DNA from: an uncultured Holdemanella sp.
GTDB lineage: Bacteria; Bacillota_I; Bacilli_A; Erysipelotrichales; Erysipelotrichaceae
Reading direction: 5' to 3' (one strand)
DNA: 64,000 bases
Assembly: GCF_900754615.1 (NCBI RefSeq)
Contig: NZ_CAAEDN010000006.1
Numbering within the stretch: the first letter of the stretch is position 1; every line of letters starts with the position of its first letter. The notes below the pieces were generated by a model. It was given only the letters and a program-made list of their open reading frames with translations. It had not been told where the DNA came from and did no database searches. Shown in pieces: positions 40,176-49,872 of the stretch. A program made the position numbers and the translations under genes.

Positions 40176-40284
40176 TGCATATTTTTCGAGGATATTTTTT
40201 ACTTTTATGCATATTTTTCGAGGTTATTTTAAACAAAAATGCATATTTTTCGAAGATATTTTCGATCAACATGCATATTTTTTC
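40176..40284. repeat. Four phased direct repeats, exact 32-bp period
   Basis: TGCATATTTTT starts at 40176, 40208, 40240 and 40272; the first three continue CGARG. Confidence 0.9.
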
Positions 40285-40589
40285 TATTTATCTGTAATTT
40301 GGTAGTACAAATGACGAATCGCCATGACAGGATGATAAAACAACATTCTAGGTCCAGAAAAACGCATCACCTTACGTATCTTTTCTCTTTTATCCAACTT
40401 GTAACAATGTACCTTGCATTGTGAACAAAACGTTTTCGTTTCCATAAAAGGGCACTTTTCAATGCGCATCTTTGCATATTCATACAAAGCCAAACACTCT
40501 GAACACAACTCTTTATCTTTATGATTCTTTCTGCAATACAAATGTATCATCTCATACACTGTACGCATTTCTTTTTCTCGCTTATCCAT
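40284..40589 (-). CDS. YgbA / nitrous-oxide-stimulated-promoter family Cys-rich protein
   Basis: YCRKNH, CSEC, KCPFMETKTFCSQCKVHCY, VMRFSGPRM. Confidence 0.85.
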   Translation of the reverse strand: MDKREKEMRTVYEMIHLYCRKNHKDKELCSECLALYEYAKMRIEKCPFMETKTFCSQCKVHCYKLDKREKIRKVMRFSGPRMLFYHPVMAIRHLYYQITDK

Positions 40590-42214
40590 TAGCTGACCCT
40601 ATTCGATTCCATATGAATTATACGATCACAATGTGATAAAGTCGATTCTCGATGGGATACAAAAATAATTGTCTTATCTTTTCTTTCTTCATAAATTGAT
40701 TTTAAAATAGCACCCTCATTCAAGCTATCCAAGTTACTTGTTGGCTCATCCAACAATACAAGCTTTGAATTATGTAAAAACATACGAGCAAGACCCATTC
40801 TCTGTCTTTCTCCACCGGACAATGAACTCCCCAATTCTTCCACCATCGTTTTATAGCCATTTGGCAACGACTGGATGTACTCATGAATATTCGCCTTCTT
40901 ACAAGCTGCTTCAATCTCTTCCATTGCCGCATTCGGCTTAGCGACTCTTAAATTATTTTCAATTGTATCATGGAAAAGAATCGTTTCCTGCGTTACATAC
41001 CCTTCATTCTTTCTCAAATTTGAAGTGTTCAAAGTTTGAATATTCAAGCCATCTACATTGATTTTGCCTTTTGACACATCCCAAAAGCGCATCAATAATT
41101 TCAATAATGTACTCTTTCCACTGCCACTCTTACCCTGAATTCCAATTACTTCATTTTTTTGAATACTTAAATTCATATCTTTTAAGATTTGTTCTTCTTC
41201 ATACGCAAAATCCACATCTGAAATATCTACACCTTCAAATTGTGTTTCTTTCCCATTTTCAACTTCTTCAACCATAGGTGTTTCATCCAATAAAGAAATC
41301 ACTCTTTGTCCCGCTCCAATTGTCTGTGATAAAGTAGAGCCTAAATTTGCCAATGCAATGACAGGGCCAAAAGAAGATATTTGAAGAACACTCGATACAA
41401 TCATTGAATCAATCGAACTATTCATATATATATGAATCAAACATAAACCTAAAGATAATAAAACAACACAAAAGTTTGTCAAAGAAATTGTCTTAGCCTG
41501 AAAATGCTTCAATTCCTTCTCACGCTTAGCCAATAAAGCAGTTTGATTGTTTAACCCCATTAAGCGATTCTCAGTATCCATATACTGCATACTTTCCTTT
41601 AAGCCACGCATACTCTCTAATACATAACTATTTAGATTAGCAGCTTCTTTACGATACTCTACACCAATCTGTCTTGATTGTTTAGAAATAAAGACAGGTA
41701 AAACTACACCCACCACAACATAAGCTAAAAGTGAATAAAGTCCATAGATCCATCCAAACTGCATTTGAATGATAACACAAACTAGACTTGAGACAAACGC
41801 AATACAAATGGGCGAAATCGTATGAGCATAGAACACTTCCAATAATTCGATATCCGAAGTAATCAAAGAAATCAAGCTTCCCTTATCTTTTACTTCTAGC
41901 TTTGCAGGGCACAATTTTCTAAGGGCACCAAACACCTGGTCACGAATGCGAGCCAAGAGTTTAAAGGCAATATAGTGATTACATGCCTGCTCTGCATAGC
42001 GTAAAACCCCACGTAATAGTGCACACACAAATAATAAAATCACAATTGTATGAAAACTAAATAGTGGATCATTTACTAAGGCCATACTTGAAAGAACAGG
42101 AATAAAAATAGCACACAAAAAACCTGCCGCGCCCATTAGAATGGCACAAGCCATAAATCCAGTTAATGGAAATACAAGTTTTATTAATCGTGAAAATATC
42201 TGTATCGTACTCAT
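40589..42214 (-). CDS. CydC-like ABC exporter subunit
   Basis: RYAEQ...HYIAFKLLA, GKSGSGKST, LSGGERQR, LDEPT. Confidence 0.8.
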   Translation of the reverse strand: MSTIQIFSRLIKLVFPLTGFMACAILMGAAGFLCAIFIPVLSSMALVNDPLFSFHTIVILLFVCALLRGVLRYAEQACNHYIAFKLLARIRDQVFGALRKLCPAKLEVKDKGSLISLITSDIELLEVFYAHTISPICIAFVSSLVCVIIQMQFGWIYGLYSLLAYVVVGVVLPVFISKQSRQIGVEYRKEAANLNSYVLESMRGLKESMQYMDTENRLMGLNNQTALLAKREKELKHFQAKTISLTNFCVVLLSLGLCLIHIYMNSSIDSMIVSSVLQISSFGPVIALANLGSTLSQTIGAGQRVISLLDETPMVEEVENGKETQFEGVDISDVDFAYEEEQILKDMNLSIQKNEVIGIQGKSGSGKSTLLKLLMRFWDVSKGKINVDGLNIQTLNTSNLRKNEGYVTQETILFHDTIENNLRVAKPNAAMEEIEAACKKANIHEYIQSLPNGYKTMVEELGSSLSGGERQRMGLARMFLHNSKLVLLDEPTSNLDSLNEGAILKSIYEERKDKTIIFVSHRESTLSHCDRIIHMESNRVS

Positions 42215-42215
42215 A

Positions 42216-43898
42216 TTAGGCACCATATCTTTCTAATTCTTTCTGTGTATTAAATAAGTCACAATACACACCATTTCGTTGAATCAACTCTTCATGTGTT
42301 CCACTCTCTACAATATTTCCATCTTTTAAACAATAGATTTGATCCGCATGAATAAGATTTGCCAGACGATGTGAAATACAAAGCACAAGCTTTTCTTTTG
42401 ATAATTCATATAAAACTTCCATGATTTTATTTTCACTCTCCACATCAATATTACTAGTGGCCTCATCCATAATATATATAGGTGAATTTTTCAGTAAAGC
42501 CCTGGCCAAAGCTAAACGCTGTCTTTGTCCTCCAGATAAGTTTTTACCACCCTCTAAAATACGTATATCCAGCCCACCTTGTTCATTCACAAAATCAAGG
42601 ATGCCTACTTTTTCTAAAACCATATTCATTTCTTTGTCAGACACATCTTTAGTCATAGCTAAATTATCTCTAAGACTTCCACTAAATAAGTAGCTTTCTA
42701 AAGATACTAAGGTCATATAAGGATAAACATTGATATCTTTGATGTCATAATTTGATAGCTTAAGTTCTCCCATATAATTTGTATATTGGCCCATTAGTAA
42801 AGCTGCAATTGTGCTCTTACCGCTTCCACTCTCCCCTACAAAGCCAATCATTCCTTTCTTAGCTTCAAAATGAATACCATGTAAAACTTCCTGATCCGTA
42901 TATCCGAAATGAAGATTTGATGCACAAATCGAATACTCATTTGTAGTTACATTTTGTTTTTCTTTCATATCCTTTTCTAATATCGTAAACAACTTATCAC
43001 TCGCAGCCATTCCATTCATCGCAATATGAAAATAGGATCCTAATTGTCGCATGGGAATAAAGAATTCAGCTGAAATCAAAATGATAAATAAAGTCTGAAA
43101 CATAGTTATTGCACCACTATGATATCCATTTAACGCAAATACAATACCCAATGCACTTCCTCCATAGGCAACCAAATCCATGACAGTAATGGAATTTAAC
43201 TGCATAGTCAAAACACGCATCGTAATCTTACGAAAGTTTTCACTTTCCACATTCATCTTTTCATGATAATGACCATCTGCCTCATATATTTTTAAAGTCG
43301 TTAATCCTTGAAGATTTTCTAGAAAACTATCCCCTAACTTCGTATATTGTCCCCAATAGCGATTCAATAATTTCTTCGCAAACTTTTGTACAAACACAAT
43401 CGACATTGGAATCAAAGGAACACAAATAAGTAAAACAAATGCTGCTTTCAGGTCCATAAAAGAAATAATGATAAACAATGTAAGTGGCGCTATTAAAGAA
43501 TAGAAGAACTGCGGAATATAATTCGCAAAATATGTTTCTAATTGTTCAACCCCTTCACTAGATAGTTGTACAATTTCAGCTGTACTCCAATCATTTGTAT
43601 AACTATTCCCTATTTTAGACAGCTTCTTATATAAACGAGAACGAAGCGTTTCTTTTACAATATGACTTGATTGATACGACATTTCAATCGCCTTTTGATT
43701 TACAATATATCGAAGGATCAAACATCCAAAAATAAGAAAAAATAAACCATATCGATTCACATCTGATTTTGTGATGAACAAACATAAACATGCCGTAGAA
43801 CATATGTTACAAATAAGTCCAATCCATTGATACAACACATTCTTTTTAATATACGGGATACTTTCTTTTACTGAAAATAATAGTTTTTTATTAATCAT
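42216..43898 (-). CDS. CydD-like ABC exporter subunit
   Basis: EFFIPMRQLGSYFH, GESGSGKST, LSGGQRQR. Confidence 0.8.
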   Translation of the reverse strand: MINKKLLFSVKESIPYIKKNVLYQWIGLICNICSTACLCLFITKSDVNRYGLFFLIFGCLILRYIVNQKAIEMSYQSSHIVKETLRSRLYKKLSKIGNSYTNDWSTAEIVQLSSEGVEQLETYFANYIPQFFYSLIAPLTLFIIISFMDLKAAFVLLICVPLIPMSIVFVQKFAKKLLNRYWGQYTKLGDSFLENLQGLTTLKIYEADGHYHEKMNVESENFRKITMRVLTMQLNSITVMDLVAYGGSALGIVFALNGYHSGAITMFQTLFIILISAEFFIPMRQLGSYFHIAMNGMAASDKLFTILEKDMKEKQNVTTNEYSICASNLHFGYTDQEVLHGIHFEAKKGMIGFVGESGSGKSTIAALLMGQYTNYMGELKLSNYDIKDINVYPYMTLVSLESYLFSGSLRDNLAMTKDVSDKEMNMVLEKVGILDFVNEQGGLDIRILEGGKNLSGGQRQRLALARALLKNSPIYIMDEATSNIDVESENKIMEVLYELSKEKLVLCISHRLANLIHADQIYCLKDGNIVESGTHEELIQRNGVYCDLFNTQKELERYGA

Positions 43899-43903
43899 AA
43901 TCC

Positions 43904-43956
43904 ACCTCAGTTAGTTAAAACAAATTGAGTTTACAACAACTAACTGAGGTTGTCAA
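43904..43956 (-). promoter_or_regulatory. Promoter with 13-bp inverted-repeat operator
   Basis: TTGACA (43951-43956)-17 bp-TAAACT; ACCTCAGTTAGTT (43904) / AACTAACTGAGGT (43938). Confidence 0.6.
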
Positions 43957-44006
43957 ACAATAGTTTAATAAGGCTAACTTCACAAAATAAAAACAACCAG
44001 ATTTCT

Positions 44007-44591
44007 CTAGTCGTTTATTTCAGATACTTTAATTGTTTTGATTACAGGCTGCTTACTTCCCGCTATCGTACCATTATCATCCATTGGATCTGCATCTTCG
44101 CAAATCTTGTCTACAACCTTCATACCTTTTGTGACATGGCCAAATGCAGCATATTGACCATCCAAAGAATCATTATCTTCTTGCATAATAAAGAATTGTG
44201 AACTAGCCGAATCATAATCCGAACTTCTTGCCATAGAAATAACACCACGTTTATGTTTAATGTTATTCTTTATTCCATTATCTTTAAATTCACCCTTAAT
44301 GGTTTTATCCGATCCTCCCGTACCATTGCCGTTAGGATCCCCACCCTGAATCATGAATCCTTCAATAATTCGATGAAATGTCAATCCATCATAAAATCCA
44401 GATTGAGCTAAATCCACAAAGTTTTGTACCGTAATAGGTGCTGTTTTCCCATCTAATTTTAATGTGATTGTGCCATAATCCTTTACTTCAATTTTTGCGA
44501 TATAGTTTTTTGTCTCTTTCTGACAACCAAATAAAGATATACATAAAATCAAGGAACAAAGTATCGTTAATAATTTTTTCATCAAATTCAC
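44007..44591 (-). CDS. Cyclophilin-type peptidyl-prolyl isomerase, lipoprotein
   Basis: Lipobox LFGC; FHRIIEGFMIQGGDP, SMARS, SQFFI. Confidence 0.92.
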   Translation of the reverse strand: MNLMKKLLTILCSLILCISLFGCQKETKNYIAKIEVKDYGTITLKLDGKTAPITVQNFVDLAQSGFYDGLTFHRIIEGFMIQGGDPNGNGTGGSDKTIKGEFKDNGIKNNIKHKRGVISMARSSDYDSASSQFFIMQEDNDSLDGQYAAFGHVTKGMKVVDKICEDADPMDDNGTIAGSKQPVIKTIKVSEIND

Positions 44592-44638
44592 CTCATCTGT
44601 ATTTTATCAATTCATACAAAAAGGAGCAAGACTGCTCC

Positions 44639-46108
44639 TTAACGATTTGAATTTTCAATCCATTCTTTTGTCTTCATCACTTTATCAGGGAATGTTTTAA
44701 AATCCTTTAATTTCCAAGTCCAGTTTTTATTAGATACCGTTCCAGGTGTATTAATTCTAGCCTCTTCTTTAAATCCACATATATCCCAAATAGGAAGAAT
44801 AACTGTATCTGCATCGCTGTCTAATGCATACTGGCAAACCATTTCATTAAAGGCACGGCTTGAATAGCCTTGGTTTTTAAAGAAACGACGCAAACTAATA
44901 CGCTTATTTGAATCATACGTATGATAATCCTCATTACATGTTGCATTATCATGTGTTCCTGTATATAGCACAGAATTTTTCTTTGCCCTTTTCTTTAATT
45001 GCTTAGTTTCCATTCTAAACAATAAAACATCCATACCTGGTATTCCGTAGTCATCTTCTAGCTCAATTACTTCTGGACGAATCAAGCCTAAATCTTCTGC
45101 CACAAGAACTATATCTGGACACGCTTTTAAGATGGCATCAATCAGTTTATGTGCAGGTCCTAAGATCCACTCTCCATCAATGGCTGTCGGACAAGTTTCA
45201 GGGATTTTCCAGAATGTATCAAAAGCTCTAAAATGATCAATCCTTACCATGTCATAACAACGATTCATCCAACGCATACGATTGCACCAGAAAAGATATC
45301 CGTTTTTTTCCTGTGCCTCAAAATCATAAATTGGCATGCCCCAACGTTGCCCTGTTTCACTAAAATAATCTGGTGGACATCCCGCAATATATTCCGGTCT
45401 TCCTTCCTCATCTAATAAGAAAGCTTCGCGATTACACCAAACATCTGCACTATCTAAATCTACGTAAAATGGCATATCTCCCATGATTTTTAAATTTCTT
45501 GCATGGGCATACATTTGAATCTCATCTAATTGTTTATAGAAAACGAATTGTAAAAATTTGATATAAAAGATTTCATCTTGATAATCCTCTAAATCAATAT
45601 CTCGATTTTGGGGCCAATTCTTATATTCATCTTCCCACTCAAACCAAGGTGCTCCATTATAAAAACTCTTAAATAAAGAGTATGCGCTCCAATCCTCTAA
45701 CCAGAATGCTGCTTGTTCAAATGCTTCAAAATCTTCTTTAAATGAATCAAATTCCTTTTTAAAAACTTTAAAGGCCTTTTGAAAATAAGATTCCTTAAAT
45801 TCCCGAATCTTGTCATATTCAATAAAGTCTTTAAACTTATTACAATTCACAATAGAACTTTGTGTCAACAATCCCATTTCACACAGACGATCTAAATTGA
45901 TATAGATTGGATCTCCTGCAAAACTTGAATATGTCTGATATGGAGAATGTGTTGATCCTGTCATTTGCAGCGGCAATATTTGCCATATTGAATACCCTGC
46001 ATCCGAAATAATATCTATCATGCGAATTGTTTTTTGCCCTAAATCACCAATCCCTTGATTTGCAGGGATAGAGAAAACAGGGCATAAGATTCCTGCACTT
46101 CTATTCAT
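44639..46108 (-). CDS. malQ: 4-alpha-glucanotransferase (GH77)
   Basis: WQILPL, SPY, RIDHFR, AEDLG, YTGTHDN. Confidence 0.92.
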   Translation of the reverse strand: MNRSAGILCPVFSIPANQGIGDLGQKTIRMIDIISDAGYSIWQILPLQMTGSTHSPYQTYSSFAGDPIYINLDRLCEMGLLTQSSIVNCNKFKDFIEYDKIREFKESYFQKAFKVFKKEFDSFKEDFEAFEQAAFWLEDWSAYSLFKSFYNGAPWFEWEDEYKNWPQNRDIDLEDYQDEIFYIKFLQFVFYKQLDEIQMYAHARNLKIMGDMPFYVDLDSADVWCNREAFLLDEEGRPEYIAGCPPDYFSETGQRWGMPIYDFEAQEKNGYLFWCNRMRWMNRCYDMVRIDHFRAFDTFWKIPETCPTAIDGEWILGPAHKLIDAILKACPDIVLVAEDLGLIRPEVIELEDDYGIPGMDVLLFRMETKQLKKRAKKNSVLYTGTHDNATCNEDYHTYDSNKRISLRRFFKNQGYSSRAFNEMVCQYALDSDADTVILPIWDICGFKEEARINTPGTVSNKNWTWKLKDFKTFPDKVMKTKEWIENSNR

Positions 46109-46163
46109 TTTATCACCGTTTTGTAATCCCTTTCATTACAACTATTTTAGCACATTTCCATAT

Positions 46164-46200
46164 AAAAAGACTATATAATTCTAAAAATTATATAGTCTTT
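46164..46200 (-). terminator. Terminator after the SNF2 gene
   Basis: AAAGACTATATAATT / AATTATATAGTCTTT. Confidence 0.7.
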
Positions 46201-49200
46201 ATTCCATTGAAAATAAATCTCTAAGCTCTTCTTTCGATAAATTTGAAATTCCGCCCTTTGAATTTTCAACAAACAAATCGCTCATTTCCTTTTTTCGTTT
46301 TTGCATCTCGTAAATTTTCTCTTCAATCGTATTCTTCATCAACAATTGATAAACTAATACATTTTTCGTCTGTCCAATACGATATGCACGATCTGTTGCT
46401 TGATTTTGTGCACTTACATTCCACCATGGATCAAAATGAATAACAGCCTGAGCCTTTGTTAAATTTAATCCTGTGCCTCCTGCCTTTAAAGAAATCAAGA
46501 ATACATCCGAATCATCACTTTGAAAAGCATCGACCTCTTCTTTACGCTTCTTCTTATCAACAGCACCTGTAATCATATGATATTGAATTCCTCGCTTATT
46601 AAACTCTTCAATAAAGGAATCAAAGATACTTGTAAAGCTAGAAAACAACAACACTTTCTTGCCATTTTCTTTTAATGTCTCAATCAAATCTAGACACATT
46701 GTAAACTTCGTACTCTCACCCTTATAATTTTCATACAACATTCTTGGTTCGCAACAAATCTGACGAAGACGTGTCATCATCGCAAGAATCAAAATTGAAT
46801 CTACCTGCTCAAGTTCTAACTGTTGTTGCAGCTGCTCATTCACCTGTGCTAAATTTGCCAGATATAACTGTTTTTCATCTGGGCTTAAAGTCAACCACAT
46901 ATCTTTTTCTACTTTATCCGGCAAATCTTTCAACACTTGCTTCTTGGTTCTACGCAATATAAATGGTGAAACAAGCTTTTGAAGCTGATTCTGCCTTTTT
47001 TCATCCCCCATTTGAATAGGTTTCTCAAAATTTTTTGTAAAATAATTTAGACTATATAAATATCCAGGCAACAAGAAATCAAAAATACTCCATAGTTCGC
47101 TTAAACTATTTTCAATTGGTGTTCCCGTTAATGCCAAACGATGTTTACTTTTTAATGCCTTCACACTTTGTGCATTCTTGGTTTTCGGATTTTTTATGAA
47201 CTGTGCTTCATCCAAGATAATATATTCAAATTCCATAGGCAGATATAATTCAACATCTCTTCGTAAATAATCATACGTTGTAATATATAGCTCATGTTTC
47301 TCTTTGATAATCTCTTTACGAACTTCCTGCGTTCCTGTAACACAAACGGCATCAACATGAATATGGAACTTTTCTATTTCTGACATCCAGTTATACATTA
47401 AACTACTTGGGCAAACGATTAAACTTGGATGATTTCTAGAAACATATTGTTCATAAAAGACAAGCACTTGCAATGTCTTTCCGAGTCCCATATCATCGGC
47501 TAGAATTCCATTTAAATTCATATTCTTTAAATCATACAACCATTGAATTCCCTGTTGTTGATAAGTGCGCAATAAAGATTTATGCTCATCCTTCAATTGA
47601 ATGGTTTGTTCTTTTGCCTTCGTTAAACGATCCGTATATTCTGCAACCGAATCATCATTACGAACATCTAATTCTTCATCCACATCCATTAAATGGAAAG
47701 CCTGATAGGCTGGCTTTTCAATTGTTTCTTTTTTAAAATCTTTAGCCGTCAAATTCATTGTGGAAGCCAATTCATCCAACTGTTCCAAGCCTGTATCTTC
47801 CAAATCAATCATTTCACCATTCTTTAATTGATAAAACTTTTTTTTCTTTCGATACGCATTTAAAATATGCGATAATTCTTCTGCATTTACATCACTATCC
47901 AATTCCATCTTCAATAAGTCATTTTGGACATAGACCCTTACACTTAAATTCATACTGCGACGATTTTTTAAACGTTTCAATTCCTCAGACACATATACAT
48001 CTGCTTGCTTTTGAATCAAAGGAATTCCATGATCTAAGAAATTATATAATGCATCGCTACGACCTTTAAATACAGCTTTATTATCCTCAATCTTTACAGC
48101 ATAATGCGAAATAATGGCTTCAATACTGGCAATCTGATTGGAAATGGTATTACTGAAAAAACTTTTCTTTTGATTATTTTCCAAATATGTGCCCCATACA
48201 ACCATATTCGCATTTTCAAGATCTGAGTACACACGAATATTCTCAATAAGCGTTGCATACTTGTCCACATCAACATTGGTTTCTAGTTGAACATAATCCA
48301 TATATGGCTGAAGGCACTGTAAATAAAAAGCTCTGAAATCTGCCTTCTTAATTAACCAACCATCTTCTTGTGAAACATTATACGCAAGAGAAGCTAAAAA
48401 GCCATCCGCATCCAATGTATATCGCGTAATATTTTTATAGTCCACTACATACAAATGTTTATCGCCAATTAGAAAATTATCATCCAAATCCACATTGAGT
48501 TCAAAACAATCCTCATGTTCAACCAACTTTATAACTAACTTTATATCTTTTTCGTCCGTTTTAAATTCCGTATACTCCGTAGGTAAGGATACATTTAAAT
48601 CGAAGAAGTCATCCAAACATTCCGAATAAATTTCCCCATCTTTTTGCCAATCTTTAGTAAAGGCATATTTTAACAAGAATGAATAAATCCATTGACTTGG
48701 CTCATCCAAATCATCTGGTGTCAAATAGATATTAGCATTCTTACCAAAACGCTCTAATCTTTTTTCAAAGAAACCTCGCAAAAGATTTTGGATGTTCTTA
48801 ACTATATAAGCACGGCTCACTTGAATCTTTAATTTAAATGCGGTCTGATCATAGTAATATGAATTTGTAGGATGCAACGTTAAACGAATCAAATTTTCAT
48901 TTTCTTTAAAAAAATTATTTACTTTGTCCTCTTGTTTTTCTTTTAGAAAGTCAAAAACCGCCTGATTCGAACTATGAATTCTTCGACGTTTTCTTTCCAA
49001 TTCTTCTTTATGATTTTTTTCTTCCATATATTGTTGATAATCTACTTCAAATGGAAAAGTTTGAGGATTGATCGCATTGATGGCACGCACTACACTCACC
49101 AAATGTACACAACCTTTATGTGCATCTTGGCAACAAGTACAATTTGTAGTTAAGATTGTCCCATATTCATTCACTCTAAAATTCAATATTTCTTCATTCC

Positions 49201-49363
49201 AACGCGTTTGTAGAATTGCTTTCACTTCATAATATAAAATCTTATCATGCACTCTTTCAATTGAGATACGCTCAATTTTACCTGCATAATAAGGATCATT
49301 CGCCTCATAATAAATCCATGAATTTTTTATAAAACGATTTAAAGATTCTTCATAAATATGCAT
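46199..49363 (-). CDS. SWIM-SNF2 family helicase
   Basis: CTC...CVH SWIM; LADDMGLGKT, DEAQ, TGTPIEN, QATDRAYRIGQ. Confidence 0.92.
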   Translation of the reverse strand: MHIYEESLNRFIKNSWIYYEANDPYYAGKIERISIERVHDKILYYEVKAILQTRWNEEILNFRVNEYGTILTTNCTCCQDAHKGCVHLVSVVRAINAINPQTFPFEVDYQQYMEEKNHKEELERKRRRIHSSNQAVFDFLKEKQEDKVNNFFKENENLIRLTLHPTNSYYYDQTAFKLKIQVSRAYIVKNIQNLLRGFFEKRLERFGKNANIYLTPDDLDEPSQWIYSFLLKYAFTKDWQKDGEIYSECLDDFFDLNVSLPTEYTEFKTDEKDIKLVIKLVEHEDCFELNVDLDDNFLIGDKHLYVVDYKNITRYTLDADGFLASLAYNVSQEDGWLIKKADFRAFYLQCLQPYMDYVQLETNVDVDKYATLIENIRVYSDLENANMVVWGTYLENNQKKSFFSNTISNQIASIEAIISHYAVKIEDNKAVFKGRSDALYNFLDHGIPLIQKQADVYVSEELKRLKNRRSMNLSVRVYVQNDLLKMELDSDVNAEELSHILNAYRKKKKFYQLKNGEMIDLEDTGLEQLDELASTMNLTAKDFKKETIEKPAYQAFHLMDVDEELDVRNDDSVAEYTDRLTKAKEQTIQLKDEHKSLLRTYQQQGIQWLYDLKNMNLNGILADDMGLGKTLQVLVFYEQYVSRNHPSLIVCPSSLMYNWMSEIEKFHIHVDAVCVTGTQEVRKEIIKEKHELYITTYDYLRRDVELYLPMEFEYIILDEAQFIKNPKTKNAQSVKALKSKHRLALTGTPIENSLSELWSIFDFLLPGYLYSLNYFTKNFEKPIQMGDEKRQNQLQKLVSPFILRRTKKQVLKDLPDKVEKDMWLTLSPDEKQLYLANLAQVNEQLQQQLELEQVDSILILAMMTRLRQICCEPRMLYENYKGESTKFTMCLDLIETLKENGKKVLLFSSFTSIFDSFIEEFNKRGIQYHMITGAVDKKKRKEEVDAFQSDDSDVFLISLKAGGTGLNLTKAQAVIHFDPWWNVSAQNQATDRAYRIGQTKNVLVYQLLMKNTIEEKIYEMQKRKKEMSDLFVENSKGGISNLSKEELRDLFSME

Positions 49364-49449
49364 ACACTTCTCCACCTAACTTTCTTGTTATTATATCATA
49401 TTTGACTTTAGAATTCTTAGTTGTTAAAGTATCAGAAAAAGAAAGAAGA

Positions 49450-49872
49450 ATGATTATGAACACAAAAACATATACAACCTTACCACAAGAAGCGAAAGAT
49501 ATTCGTATTGAAGTATTCATGAAGGAGCAAGGATTCGAAAATGAATTTGATGACATCGATACTATTAGTCATCATATTGTTGCCTTTGATGAAGAAAAAC
49601 CAATCGGAACATGTCGTTTCTTTAAAGAAAACGATCACTATACAATTGGAAGAGTGGCTATATTAAAGGAATATCGTAATCAACACATTGGTAACTTATT
49701 ACTAGAAAGTGCAGAAAAAGAAATCAAAAAATTAAATGGAGACTTGATTGTGGTACACGCCCAGGTCCGCGTCAGTTTATTCTATGAAAAACAAGGTTAT
49801 ATTCAATTTGGTCAAATCGACGATGATGAAGGCGTTCCACATAAATGGATGAAAAAAAAGATACAGCACTAA
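49450..49872 (+). CDS. GNAT acetyltransferase (ElaA/YjcF-like)
   Basis: IRIEVF, GRVAI...RNQHIG, HAQ, FYEKQGY. Confidence 0.85.
   Translation: MIMNTKTYTTLPQEAKDIRIEVFMKEQGFENEFDDIDTISHHIVAFDEEKPIGTCRFFKENDHYTIGRVAILKEYRNQHIGNLLLESAEKEIKKLNGDLIVVHAQVRVSLFYEKQGYIQFGQIDDDEGVPHKWMKKKIQH

Noticed and set aside
40176..40284. 32-bp array as a mini-CRISPR
   Set aside because: Variable part is only about 9 nt, too short for spacers; no cas genes
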